From Verrucomicrobiota bacterium (GTDB lineage Bacteria > Verrucomicrobiota > Verrucomicrobiia > Opitutales > Seribacteraceae), in contig JAQBYT010000009.1 of NCBI GenBank assembly GCA_027622665.1, forward strand, positions 1 through 64,000: 64,000 nt of DNA, in the 5' to 3' direction. The notes below the pieces were generated by a model. It had not been told where the DNA came from. It was given only the letters and a program-made list of their open reading frames with translations, and made no database searches. Position numbers and translations under genes: made by a program. Positions 28,752 to 38,993 of the stretch are shown in pieces. Each line of letters begins with the position of its first letter. Within the stretch, counting starts at the first letter, position 1.

Positions 28752-29564
28752 ATGCTCCGTCCTCGAAAGAAATATACCGTTTACGATCTTCGTCAGCTTA
28801 AGGGTAAGCGTTGCCTTACCCATGTTCACGTGAAGTCGCCCGAGGAAGCGACTGCGTGTGCAGCAGCAGGTGTTGACCTTATGAGTTGTAGCTTTGATTC
28901 GCCCGAGGCCCAGGCTCGCTTGCCGAAGATTGTTGAGAGTGCTCCCGACAGTTTTATTTCGGCGGCGACTCCGCATGGCATGGCTACCTCCGAGGAGGCT
29001 GTCAGGGTGGCTTTTGAAGCTCTCGAGATTGGGGCGAGCTCCGTGTACTGCTCCTCGAGTCCACGCATTATCGAGGCGATGGCTAACGAGGGTATTCCCG
29101 TGGTCGGTCATCTCGGCATGGTGCCTCGCCACGTTACCTGGACGAACTATCGAGCCATCGGCAAGACGTTGGATGAGGCCAAGGATCTTTATCGGCAGAT
29201 GAAGGAACTGGAGGATGCCGGAGCCTATGCAGCTGAGATCGAGGTGGTGCCTCATCAACTGGCGAGCTATTTGTGTTCACAAACCTCGATGATCCTAATG
29301 TCCCTCGGCTCGGGGGCTGGTTGTGACACGCAATTTCTCTTTTCGGACGATATCCTCGGTGACTATGACGAGCGTCTTCCTCGACATGCGAAAGCCTATC
29401 GTGACTTCCGTGCCGAACATGAGCGCTTGCAGCAGGAGCGTATTGCGGCCTTTGGCGAATATGTGGCCGACGTCGAGTCCGGGCGTTTCCCCGAGTCCTC
29501 GAACTTGATAGAAATGAAGGACGAGGTAATGGAGGCATTCATCGGTTCGCTCGACGAGGAATAA
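28752..29564 (+). CDS. panB: PanB-like (ketopantoate hydroxymethyltransferase fold), atypical active site
   Basis: GIPVVGHLGMVP, LEDAGAYAAEIEVVP, GSGAGCDTQFL..DILG..PRHAKAY..DVESGRFP. Confidence 0.7.
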   Translation: MLRPRKKYTVYDLRQLKGKRCLTHVHVKSPEEATACAAAGVDLMSCSFDSPEAQARLPKIVESAPDSFISAATPHGMATSEEAVRVAFEALEIGASSVYCSSSPRIIEAMANEGIPVVGHLGMVPRHVTWTNYRAIGKTLDEAKDLYRQMKELEDAGAYAAEIEVVPHQLASYLCSQTSMILMSLGSGAGCDTQFLFSDDILGDYDERLPRHAKAYRDFRAEHERLQQERIAAFGEYVADVESGRFPESSNLIEMKDEVMEAFIGSLDEE

Positions 29565-29694
29565 AAAACAGAATGACCCGAAAGTCGAATTGCGTTGCTC
29601 CTAGTTACGTCAACCGATCCATCCTCCGCCCCAACCTTGTTTCCCTTAGCTTCCCTCCGTGCTTTCGTAGAAAAGTTCTTGATCTTCAGTTTTT

Positions 29695-30810
29695 CTACCA
29701 GACTTCGATCGGACCCTTTGGTACAGAGATGGCTTTGCGTTCGGTTTTTTTATCTTCGTCTTCTTCTTGCATGAAACTAGCCACCATGGGCGGGAGTTGG
29801 TAGCGAGGCAGGAGTTCGCCCTCGTCGTCGGTGAATTGTTTACGCCATTCCAGATACTCCTTCAAGACACGTTCGAAGTCTGCCCGAGAGCTTATCCTTA
29901 CCATTGCCTGGTTGAATAGTTTCACGGGGCCAAAGCGTTTGGCGTACCAAGGAGCGACTTTTCGGAAGGTGACTGAACCACGATTCTCTCCGAATACCTC
30001 GACCATGAGTTCGTAATGTCTTCGCAACACCCTTATGCGTTCCGAGAAGGAAGGTTCGTCGGGCATCTCGCCAGTCTTTAGGTATTCGCTAATGTGGGCA
30101 AAGATCCACGGATTGTAAAAGGCGCCTCGACCCACGGATACGCCGGCGCAGCCCGTTTTCTCGATCATTACGCGGGCAGCCTCCACTGTGGTGACGTCGC
30201 CATTGCCGATCACCGGGATGTTGTCCACCGCTTCCACGACTTTGCGAATGCCGTCGAGATTGACGGTTCCGTCGAACCCTTGGGCCCGCGTCCGGCCATG
30301 TACGAAAATGGCGGAGACCCCGGCGTCCTCAAGGGCCTTGGCGAGATCGGGAGCAGTTAGGTTTTTATCATCCCAGCCGAGTCGCATCTTGGCCGTTACG
30401 GGTATGTTAATTGCGTCGGTCATTGCCCGTATGAGGGCTTGTGTCTTAGGGAGTTCCGTCATCATGGAAGCTCCGCCGCCGGTCTTAGTGACCTTTGGGA
30501 CGGGGCAACCCATGTTGACGTCTACCGAGTCCATGCCGATTGATTCCAGATAAGCGGCCGCATCCCGCATTTCCTCAGGAACGCCTCCAAAAAGCTGAAC
30601 GGAGAGCGGACTGTCCGCTTCGTTGGTCTCGATTAGCTTGATCGCCTTCGGGTTCTTCTCGAGCAGGGAGCGAGCGTTGACGAGATCCGTGGTACATAAG
30701 TCGACACCACCGATTTCCCGAATCACCAACCGAAAGGGCAGGTTGGTATAACCTGCCAATGGTGAAAGAAAAAGGTTGGAGCCGAGCTTGAGTTTGCCGA
30801 GAGAAAACAC
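29695..30810 (-). CDS. dusB: tRNA-dihydrouridine synthase DusB
   Basis: LSPLAGYT, VQLFG, DVNMGCPVPKV, VHGRTR, IGNGDV, GRGA..NPWIF. Confidence 0.92.
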   Translation of the reverse strand: MFSLGKLKLGSNLFLSPLAGYTNLPFRLVIREIGGVDLCTTDLVNARSLLEKNPKAIKLIETNEADSPLSVQLFGGVPEEMRDAAAYLESIGMDSVDVNMGCPVPKVTKTGGGASMMTELPKTQALIRAMTDAINIPVTAKMRLGWDDKNLTAPDLAKALEDAGVSAIFVHGRTRAQGFDGTVNLDGIRKVVEAVDNIPVIGNGDVTTVEAARVMIEKTGCAGVSVGRGAFYNPWIFAHISEYLKTGEMPDEPSFSERIRVLRRHYELMVEVFGENRGSVTFRKVAPWYAKRFGPVKLFNQAMVRISSRADFERVLKEYLEWRKQFTDDEGELLPRYQLPPMVASFMQEEDEDKKTERKAISVPKGPIEVW

Positions 30811-30917
30811 ACGCCTATTATCTCCGGAATACCCGATTTACGAAAGTCCAAAGTGAAAATCATAATTAGTTAAATTCGAGGAAAGGAATTCGCCCTTTCC
30901 TTACTTCTCGTTATTTT

Positions 30918-32126
30918 ATGAGATTTATGAAACCCAACTTTTTTCTGTTTGTTGCGTCCCTCTTGCTGTTGGCTGTGTTTGCGAATGGAGCCGAACCACT
31001 TCCTCTGCCGAAGTTTATTCCTTGGGAGGTCCATGCGCTATCCAAGACTCCTACCTACAATTGGGTGAATGAGGAGTCTAAGGTGAAATCGCTTACCTAC
31101 AGGGGTCTCTCTTACAAGGGGAAACTCACCAATGTCTTCGCCTACTATGCTTCGCCCGCTAGTTTCGGGATCAAGGGGAAGACTTTTCCTGCACTCGTTC
31201 TTGTCCACGGTGGTGGTGGCGCCGCTTTCGAGAAGTGGGCCGAGCTTTGGGCAAAGCGTGGCTACGTCGCCATCGCTATGGACTTGGCCGGCAAAGGAGC
31301 GGGCCGTAAGCCCTTGCCCGACGGCGGCCCCGATCAAGGTCACAAAGAGAAATTTGCAACGATCGACGAGCCTGTTGAGAATCAATGGTCATACCATGCC
31401 GTGGCCAATGTGCTTCTTGCCCACTCGTTGATTCGCAGTTTCGACGAAGTGGACGTTGATCGCATCGGGGTTACGGGCATAAGCTGGGGTGGTTACCTCA
31501 CTTGTATCGTGGCGGGAGTGGATTCCCGATTTAAGTTCGCCATGCCCGTTTACGGATGCGGTTTCTTGCGCGACAACAGTGTCTGGAAAGCTTCCGAGTT
31601 CGGGAAAATGAACCAAGCCCAGTCGGACAAATGGCACAAGCTTTGGGACCCGTCCAGTTATCTTGCTTCGGCTCGCATGCCGGTGGCCTTTATCAATGGC
31701 ACCAACGATTTTGCTTACCCAATGGACAGTTACGCCAAGTCATGCGCCCTCGTTAGAACGGAAAAGAACTACAGCATACAGTTAAGGATGCGCCACGGCC
31801 ACATTTTCGACTTCCCCGAGTTCTTCCCTTTCGTCGACCAATACCTCAAGGGCGGTGTTCCCATGCCGGTGGTTTCGAGTCCCGAGCTCAAGGCCGGTCA
31901 ATTGATCGCGCAGGTCAAGGCGTCCACAAAGTTGATTTCCGCTCGTCTGCATTACACCACGGGTTCGCACACCGAAAACAAAGCCCGACCTTGGACGACT
32001 AAGAATCTGGCTGTCGATGGCCACAGCATCAAAGGCGACTCCCCTCCCAAGGAAGCCACCGCTTGGTACGTCGACTTAACCGACGAGCGAAAAGTCCTCG
32101 TCAGTAGTCAGGTGATGGTTAGGTGA
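30918..32126 (+). CDS. Secreted alpha/beta hydrolase (acetylxylan esterase / S9-like)
   Basis: VLVHGGGG, GISWGG nucleophile elbow, signal peptide. Confidence 0.8.
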   Translation: MRFMKPNFFLFVASLLLLAVFANGAEPLPLPKFIPWEVHALSKTPTYNWVNEESKVKSLTYRGLSYKGKLTNVFAYYASPASFGIKGKTFPALVLVHGGGGAAFEKWAELWAKRGYVAIAMDLAGKGAGRKPLPDGGPDQGHKEKFATIDEPVENQWSYHAVANVLLAHSLIRSFDEVDVDRIGVTGISWGGYLTCIVAGVDSRFKFAMPVYGCGFLRDNSVWKASEFGKMNQAQSDKWHKLWDPSSYLASARMPVAFINGTNDFAYPMDSYAKSCALVRTEKNYSIQLRMRHGHIFDFPEFFPFVDQYLKGGVPMPVVSSPELKAGQLIAQVKASTKLISARLHYTTGSHTENKARPWTTKNLAVDGHSIKGDSPPKEATAWYVDLTDERKVLVSSQVMVR

Positions 32127-32132
32127 AGCGCC

Positions 32133-32471
32133 CTAGTTCTGGGATTCCAGTTCGCGTAGCTTGCGGTCCGTGTAAAAAGTCCCGAGTGGGATGAAGGCCG
32201 CTCCGAGCAAGTAGGCTCCATAACCTAGGCTCCATTTGTGGTGACGCATGGCTATGGCCAGCAACAGACCGTAGAGAATGAAGAGGATGCCGTGGGCCAT
32301 GCCTGTGATCTTTACGTAGATCGCATTTGCATAAATGGTTTTTCCGGATTCATCGATCGCGACATCCCCAAAATAGTACTTCAACGGCATGGCTACGCCG
32401 AGAAGCAGAAGGTAGGAAATACCTTCGATTATACCTATTAGCCTAAAACTGCCGATCCAAGTCTTGATCAT
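32133..32471 (-). CDS. DUF3817 family membrane protein
   Basis: FRLIGIIEGISYLLLLGVAMPLKY..GMAHGILF..FIPLGTF. Confidence 0.85.
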   Translation of the reverse strand: MIKTWIGSFRLIGIIEGISYLLLLGVAMPLKYYFGDVAIDESGKTIYANAIYVKITGMAHGILFILYGLLLAIAMRHHKWSLGYGAYLLGAAFIPLGTFYTDRKLRELESQN

Positions 32472-32522
32472 TCCTAACTCACTTAACGATAGAAACTTCA
32501 AAGGGCAATAGTTTGCTTGTTT

Positions 32523-33932
32523 TCAGCGAGGATGTGGTAAACCGAGTTGGACGAGCGTGGAGCGAACGGTTTTGAGGTCGCCGACTACGACGAACAAGCG
32601 AAATGAATAGTTTGCGGGAGGAATGCCATTTTTGTTTCTGAGACGATACACGACGTTCCATTTCACTACTTCTTCTGTGGAAAAGCGAAAGCGTCCGTAG
32701 CCCGGACCCCGACAATTTGCGGAAGGACTTTCTCTTGGAATGCAGGCCATGGCGTGCGAGCCGTTCGGAGTGGAGAGCACGACGGGAAAAGGTTGCTCAC
32801 CGGGACCGTCGGAGAGGGAGGCGAGCTTACCGCTTTCGGGAACGAACTTCCAAAACTTTGAGAATTCCGGAGGCATGTAGCCTGTAAGAACTTCGAACTG
32901 CGCGTAGCGGTGGTTTTCGCCGTGAGGGACGGTGAAGGTTACGTCGTAGGGTAGAACGTTTGAAAAGTCACGGTGGCCGATTTGAATGTTCTTTTTTAAA
33001 ATATGCCGGGATAGCAGAGTTTTGTTTTTTGCGGGGTTTTCACCGGAGGATTGCCTCGGGGCGATCCAGAAGGCCATGCGGTTAGTGGTAGTGAGTGAGT
33101 TTCCCGAAGAGGTGAGACGAAGGAGTCGACTGGTGGCAACCGAACCTACTCCGTCGTTGCGAGAACCCGCCTCGGTGGGATTGAAGGTTTCGGGATGAAA
33201 GCTACCTCCTGCATCGAAATTTGAGGCGGATTGGAGTTGCCGACCGTGGTCATGGCTGTCGATGAATTCCTTGCCCTTCCACTTGAGCGAGTGGACGGCT
33301 CCGGCAAGACGGGAAGTGGTGGTGACGACGATTTCCGAACCGAGTGCGGGAGCTCGGATGGTTGCGTCCCCCGAAGATGGAACGAAATGGGCTTCCGAGT
33401 TTGAAGGAGAACCCAAGCCGATGCGGGAAAAGGTCAGACGTTGAACGGAGAGGTGTCCGGCAGCGGGGAAAGGGTCGAGGCGGAGGTGGGTGAGGGTGGC
33501 GTTGGTTTCCAAATGAAAAGTGAAGTCGGCGAAGTCGGCGGTTGGGTACAGTGGGACGGAGGTGGAACGGATGGAAGCGTAGCCTTGCCTATTTCCTCGC
33601 CAAAAAAGTTGAGCGGGGTTGTAGGTGTTTGCCCGACAACGGAGGGTGACGAGGAGCGGTCCGATTGTTCCCGGAGGAAGGGCGGTTTCGAGAGAAGGGT
33701 CGTTCCCCTTAGAGTGGAGGGTCACGGCTTCCGGAGCTTGATCAATTTTCAGGTCGCCACTCGATTGCCATTGCGAATTAACGATTGCAAGTTCTTGAAA
33801 TTCACGAACGAGAAGGGGTTCACCTTTTGGGATTAGCCAACGGGCCTCGCGAACAAGTGTTCCGGCGTTGAGAAAGGTTGTGACCGCAAACAGAAGTGCG
33901 GATTGGGGCAACCGGAGCTTTGGGACGTTCAC
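32523..33932 (-). CDS. Hypothetical secreted protein (N-terminal jelly-roll-like domain plus conserved C-terminal domain)
   Basis: Long ORF, GTG start overlapping upstream TGA; LRLDP motif; EFIDSHDHGRQLQSA..FNPTEAGS. Confidence 0.7.
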   Translation of the reverse strand: MNVPKLRLPQSALLFAVTTFLNAGTLVREARWLIPKGEPLLVREFQELAIVNSQWQSSGDLKIDQAPEAVTLHSKGNDPSLETALPPGTIGPLLVTLRCRANTYNPAQLFWRGNRQGYASIRSTSVPLYPTADFADFTFHLETNATLTHLRLDPFPAAGHLSVQRLTFSRIGLGSPSNSEAHFVPSSGDATIRAPALGSEIVVTTTSRLAGAVHSLKWKGKEFIDSHDHGRQLQSASNFDAGGSFHPETFNPTEAGSRNDGVGSVATSRLLRLTSSGNSLTTTNRMAFWIAPRQSSGENPAKNKTLLSRHILKKNIQIGHRDFSNVLPYDVTFTVPHGENHRYAQFEVLTGYMPPEFSKFWKFVPESGKLASLSDGPGEQPFPVVLSTPNGSHAMACIPRESPSANCRGPGYGRFRFSTEEVVKWNVVYRLRNKNGIPPANYSFRLFVVVGDLKTVRSTLVQLGLPHPR

Positions 33933-34882
33933 TTGCTTTTCGTGGCCAGCCAAGCTAGGGCGGCGGGTGCAACAAGCTCGTGACCTCCATGGAAGAGGGT
34001 GACCCGAGCTTTTGCGGAAATACGCCGGAAGAGAGGTTGCTTTTTGCCATAGCTGAGGTCTTTGCCGGAGAAGACATGGGAGCCGGGGACTTTGGCGGTT
34101 TGGACGAGTTCGTCGATGAGGGTTTTCGGAACTTGGTCTTTTTTTTCTGCGACGGCATTGAAGGCGTGGAGGCTGTGGCTAACGGGAACGCTTCCGGAGT
34201 GACCGTCTCGAATGCCGGCATTTATGTCTAGGTTTACGATGCCCTTTGCTTTGGGCAAGTAGGTGAGTGGCGACCGTTTGTGATATTGCTCATCCACTTT
34301 ATCCGATGCCTTGGGGGCTCCCCCGCAGGAGAGTTCGATTTCGCGGGCGTATTTTCTTCCCTTGGCCTTGCATTCGGCGTGCCATGCGGCGAGGTCGGCT
34401 ATGGGTACCCATGCGGATACACCTGCCCAGAGGTGGGGAGTGCGTCCGGCCATGAGGAGGCTCATATAACCACCGCCCGACGTGCCGATCAGGAGAATCC
34501 GTTTCTCGTCTACATTGGTTTGTTTCTTGGCAAAATCAACGGCGTCGAGGACATCTTGCACCGCGAGATCGGAACCCGTGGCCTTTGGGTTTCGGTTTGG
34601 GCCTCGGAAGTTCGGGTGAACGTAGGCCCAACCATTTTTCACGCAATGATTCTCCATGGACTTGTGGAGTTTCTGTCGGTAGTCGGCGCTCCAAGAATGA
34701 AGGGTGACGAGAAGTGGCGAGGGCGCATCCTTTTTTGCGGGGGCAAAGAAGATGGCAGGTTGCTCGGAACCGTCTATGGAACTGGTGATGCGCACTTCAC
34801 GGACTTGGCCATGGAGGAGTGCCGGAATGAGAAAGACTGCCGCCCAAGAGATACGGACTAGTAGATTCCGTTTTATGTTCAT
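33929..34882 (-). CDS. Prolyl oligopeptidase-family (S9) alpha/beta hydrolase
   Basis: LHSWS, PNFRGPN, GTSGGG nucleophile, FHGGHE. Confidence 0.8.
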   Translation of the reverse strand: MNIKRNLLVRISWAAVFLIPALLHGQVREVRITSSIDGSEQPAIFFAPAKKDAPSPLLVTLHSWSADYRQKLHKSMENHCVKNGWAYVHPNFRGPNRNPKATGSDLAVQDVLDAVDFAKKQTNVDEKRILLIGTSGGGYMSLLMAGRTPHLWAGVSAWVPIADLAAWHAECKAKGRKYAREIELSCGGAPKASDKVDEQYHKRSPLTYLPKAKGIVNLDINAGIRDGHSGSVPVSHSLHAFNAVAEKKDQVPKTLIDELVQTAKVPGSHVFSGKDLSYGKKQPLFRRISAKARVTLFHGGHELVAPAALAWLATKSK

Positions 34883-37179
34883 TTCGTTTTTGTCTGGGCG
34901 AGTATGCCGCGGTATGTTTGTCGAGCATGCTCATAGGCGTTGATAGCGTCCTTCATTTCCTTCTGGGCAATTAGCTTCTGCTTTTGAGACCAGCATTGGT
35001 CAACGCTCTTGAGGCACCATTCGGCGCTTCGCCGGGAAGCTCGGATCGGCTTGTCGTCGACAAGGACGAATACGGGATTCGTGTGAGAGCTGGGAAATAT
35101 GCGCAAAGCGAACCACGAACTGTTTTCCACCATCGTCTCAAAGGAGAGATCCTGCATGGAGCCATCTGCCTTGATGATCTTGGATGCGACGGGATAACCA
35201 TTGCGAATCAACTCCACTTTCACTTGCCGCGAGTCGAGCCCGAGTCGAGCGCGTTCGATGTGCCAGTAGGGCTTTTGGCTTAAAGGCCTGTTGATCAGCG
35301 AGGCGTCTCCCTTTTCATTAAGTCGGGCACAGACTTTTGCCGTTACCTTAACTTTGCGAGGGGCTTTTAGGTTCAATTCGCTTTCTCCTTTGCCCATGAA
35401 TACGTCATCGATCTTGAAGTCCATGAGGTGGCTTTTCCCGTCCGATACGTAGGCGGACCCCTTGACTATTCCCTCGCACCAGCGATCGTAGTCGAGCTTG
35501 CCGTCCAGCTTGACGTATGATCGACCAAGACCGACCCGCTCACCGTAAATGCAGGGGAAGTCAGTTTCGCCACTGATTCGCGTGCGAAACCCGCAATTCA
35601 GAACATGATACCAGATGTTAAGTTCCCAGATGGAGGGGGTATCGACCATGGAGAGGAAATCAACGGCGGGTACTGTGGTGCCATTCGGACCTTCTACTTG
35701 ATGGGTGACGTCCACGATGAACTCGTTGGCCCCGATTCCGTTGAAAGGGGGTACTTCGTAAGTGGGCAACTTGTCTCCCGCGACCTGCAAACCCCAACCC
35801 GAGTGAGCAGGTCCGCAGACAGCACCCTGCTTTTGAGCCCACTTCAGAGTGTTCAAGCAAAGGGTAGGCCAATGGTTTTTTGAATCCCCGCCGGGGTAGA
35901 TCTGATCCTTCAAGCGCAGCAGGCAAAGGTGACCCGAGCGGTGCGAGCCGAAGCCCGAAACTTCCACGTCGTAGCGAAGCAGGTAGGGGTATTTGGAGAC
36001 CTTGTCGATGGCTCCGGTGAAAAATTGCTTTTGGTAATCGAAGCAAGGACCCCAAGTTAGGTTCGCTCCGATCTTCAGGTCTTCGCCGAGACAGTGTCGC
36101 AGCATGTCGGACGCGTGCACGCCTTCAGTTGGGTTCAGGTAGTGAGCGCATCCGGCTGCATGGATGTGATGATCACCCGACCACCATCCTGAAAGCGAAG
36201 GATCCACCCATCTTTTGAGGTGAAAGGTTTCGGTTTGTGCTTCGCGCCCGACGATTATCGTGCGTTTTTGTCTTAGGGATTCGGGCCCGCGGGCTACCTC
36301 GAAATCGTATTCGCCGGGAGGAAGCACGAGATCTTCCCCGTCATAGCGATACACCTGAGGATGGAAATGAAAGTCGGGGGCAAGCCGTTTGGCTTGCGAG
36401 GGATATACGCGTCCGAGTTTGTCCCGCACCAGAAACTCGGCAACCGTCGGTTTTCCGTTTTCATCAATTACCTTAAGTGAAACCGAGGTGGAAGCCAAGC
36501 AGTCGAAGGTGACTGTGGTTTCGTTGCGAAAACCCAAATCCTGGGTGCCTTGTCCCACGTCGAAGGCGATGGTGGCGGAACGCTTCCCGGCATCGCGGGA
36601 ATAGAGCTGGATGATGCGGTATTCAAGAGCAAGTCCTGAAAGGGTTGGAGCGAGCGGGCGTCCGTCGAAGGTTTGCATGCCAAGCCAGCGATCCCTCGGC
36701 AAATTAGGGGAACCGCTTTTCGGGCGGTTGCGATTTTTTCCCCAACCACCGAAACTGGTGGGCAACGCATTTGAGCTGGAGGCTTTCAAAGGAGCCGTCA
36801 CTCCAGCCTTGTTGATTACTTTGACTAGGAAATTTCGCCAACCGTGTTCCGCCAATTCAGGTTTTGCCGGACCGCTTGCCACCTTCACTCGGGATTCGGG
36901 GCTAATAGTCACGACAGTGATGCAGAGAGGGTCCAGCGCTTCCTGAACGAGGCGGATGACGTGATCGGGTACACTTTGAATCATGGCGGAATTCAATTTT
37001 TTGAGGGTATTGGCAGGTAGTGGTTCGCCAAGGTAGTCGAGAGCTTCCTTCAATCGCTGGACCTGTAGAATGAGCGGTTGGGCGTCGACTTCTCGAACCT
37101 GCGGCAGGTCAGCCCGAAGATTGACCGAGGGGAAAGTGGCGAATAGAAGGGCGAATGCGAGAAGGGGGACTGGCTTCAT
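34879..37179 (-). CDS. CehA/McbA-family metallohydrolase
   Basis: WSGDHHIH, EVSGFGSH, AHSGWG, SGETDFPC, GRSYV, SHTNPV. Confidence 0.8.
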   Translation of the reverse strand: MKPVPLLAFALLFATFPSVNLRADLPQVREVDAQPLILQVQRLKEALDYLGEPLPANTLKKLNSAMIQSVPDHVIRLVQEALDPLCITVVTISPESRVKVASGPAKPELAEHGWRNFLVKVINKAGVTAPLKASSSNALPTSFGGWGKNRNRPKSGSPNLPRDRWLGMQTFDGRPLAPTLSGLALEYRIIQLYSRDAGKRSATIAFDVGQGTQDLGFRNETTVTFDCLASTSVSLKVIDENGKPTVAEFLVRDKLGRVYPSQAKRLAPDFHFHPQVYRYDGEDLVLPPGEYDFEVARGPESLRQKRTIIVGREAQTETFHLKRWVDPSLSGWWSGDHHIHAAGCAHYLNPTEGVHASDMLRHCLGEDLKIGANLTWGPCFDYQKQFFTGAIDKVSKYPYLLRYDVEVSGFGSHRSGHLCLLRLKDQIYPGGDSKNHWPTLCLNTLKWAQKQGAVCGPAHSGWGLQVAGDKLPTYEVPPFNGIGANEFIVDVTHQVEGPNGTTVPAVDFLSMVDTPSIWELNIWYHVLNCGFRTRISGETDFPCIYGERVGLGRSYVKLDGKLDYDRWCEGIVKGSAYVSDGKSHLMDFKIDDVFMGKGESELNLKAPRKVKVTAKVCARLNEKGDASLINRPLSQKPYWHIERARLGLDSRQVKVELIRNGYPVASKIIKADGSMQDLSFETMVENSSWFALRIFPSSHTNPVFVLVDDKPIRASRRSAEWCLKSVDQCWSQKQKLIAQKEMKDAINAYEHARQTYRGILAQTKTK

Positions 37180-37238
37180 GGCGTAGTTGGGTCGGAGGTT
37201 CTAAGGGTTGCGGCCGTCACCGCGTTTGCCTTTACCCT

Positions 37239-38993
37239 TTATGGCTCTCGTGACACCGCAATGTTTTTTTCGCGTTCGTCCCAGTTTCTCCGCCTGAAAA
37301 ATTGCCCTAGGCTGAGCCATGTCGCGAGAGCGCAAGCGACGAATGTGCCAACCAGAGCACCTTGGCGGAGGGCACCTTCGTGCTTGCCGAGACTCATGTC
37401 GTGCGGACGTCCTGCGATTTCAAAGAAAGCAAAAGGCGGCGAAAGGGAACCGAGGTGAAAGACAACGTCGAACAATTCCTCCTCCCAGCCAACGGCCAAG
37501 ACCATGCATGCGAGCAAGGGTGTAATCCATAGGAGTCCGAGAAAGCCCCAGAAGCCAACGGCAAACCATTTTTCGCGGGCAGCCCGAACATAGGTGAGGC
37601 AAGCGGCGAAGAGCACGCAGGGCAGGATATAGGCTCCCGTTCCGGGAAACTCCTCAAAATAAAGCCCCGAATCAACTGCCCGTGTCAATAAAGCGAAATG
37701 GGTAAACGGCATGATTAGAGCAAGGCAAAGCACGACCAACCATCCCGGCTTTTCATCGGCCCAAAGTGGAATGTCTGGAAGTCCGAGTTTGGCCGAGCGG
37801 CGTTTGCCCTTTAGGTATTGGTGGCGAGTGGGACAGGTGACGTTTAAGATCAGTACGGCCGTTCCCAGAGAAAGGGTGAAAAGGATGGTTTGGACTGAAA
37901 CCACGACCATGCCTGTTCGGCGAACGGTAGCCCTGACTATGCCGCTTTCCGTTTCTTGAATCAATTTTTCATCGAATTTGTCTCCCGAGATGGCTGTTCC
38001 AAGCAGTCCCGAAGCGTTGCCGTCACCATAAAGTTGCCAGAGGCTTCCGAGTAACAAGAACTGCAACAGCAAGAAAAGGCCGATGCCCGAGGGTTTGGAA
38101 AAAGCGGTAAGGGCTTCGTTCCGCCATTTTCTGTGGGCGGTGGCGAAGAGTCCCGCAAGGAGCAATCCTTGCATGAGAACGGTAAAGAACGCGGGCGAAA
38201 GAGAGGTCTCGAAAAACGGCACTTCGGTCCAGAAGGTCGCCATTTCCTGATGCCACACATTCAGGTTTTGTTGTCCAACCAATAGCAGTTGCTCGCTCAT
38301 CAATCCAAAGTAGGTCGGAAGAAGGGTGAGGAAGGAAAGAAAGGAGAAGCCTGCCTGGCCAAGGCCGGGCAAGAAGACGTAGAGTCCCAGCACTACCATG
38401 CGCGAAACCCATGAAGCTGCCCGAGGTTTGCTTACGATGAGTCCGGTGACGTGAGCTGTGAGGTGATAGAGCAGAACGCAGGAAAGAAAGACTCCATACA
38501 GGTGAAAGACCTTTCCCGGAGCTAGTTCTCCCACGACGATGGCGTGGACAAGGAAAGGCAAGGTAAGGGCGAACATGAAATATTCGCGTGCGGGAAGGCC
38601 GAACAGGTAGCCGATGATTTTCGAGAGAGGTCGCATGGGGGTCATGCGTTGGTAATCAAGCAATCCGGTTTCACGTTCCTCGGCGGTACCTCCGGCCATT
38701 CGTCCGGTTCCAAGAAACATAAGGATAAATCCCTGTACGCCAAGCAACCAGGGAAAAGCTTTTCTGGCTCCGTTTACGGGAGAGGCTTCCCCACTTTCCC
38801 AGTTTTCCGATTCTTCATCATAAATCCATTGGCCGTCGGAACCTTCGAGATAAGCAGTGAGATAAGTGAAGCTCGTCAGGATGAGCGTTAGCAATCCCCA
38901 TGCGATGAGCTGTTTCAAGCGCAACCGTTCCCGAATGCCCTTGCGGATGAGGGGATTGAGTCCGGCGAAACCTCCTGAGCTATTTTTCGTCAT
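37239..38993 (-). CDS. ABC transporter permease-like membrane protein
   Basis: Many hydrophobic segments; ERETGLLDYQRMTPM; translationally coupled to the ATPase gene. Confidence 0.75.
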   Translation of the reverse strand: MTKNSSGGFAGLNPLIRKGIRERLRLKQLIAWGLLTLILTSFTYLTAYLEGSDGQWIYDEESENWESGEASPVNGARKAFPWLLGVQGFILMFLGTGRMAGGTAEERETGLLDYQRMTPMRPLSKIIGYLFGLPAREYFMFALTLPFLVHAIVVGELAPGKVFHLYGVFLSCVLLYHLTAHVTGLIVSKPRAASWVSRMVVLGLYVFLPGLGQAGFSFLSFLTLLPTYFGLMSEQLLLVGQQNLNVWHQEMATFWTEVPFFETSLSPAFFTVLMQGLLLAGLFATAHRKWRNEALTAFSKPSGIGLFLLLQFLLLGSLWQLYGDGNASGLLGTAISGDKFDEKLIQETESGIVRATVRRTGMVVVSVQTILFTLSLGTAVLILNVTCPTRHQYLKGKRRSAKLGLPDIPLWADEKPGWLVVLCLALIMPFTHFALLTRAVDSGLYFEEFPGTGAYILPCVLFAACLTYVRAAREKWFAVGFWGFLGLLWITPLLACMVLAVGWEEELFDVVFHLGSLSPPFAFFEIAGRPHDMSLGKHEGALRQGALVGTFVACALATWLSLGQFFRRRNWDEREKNIAVSREP

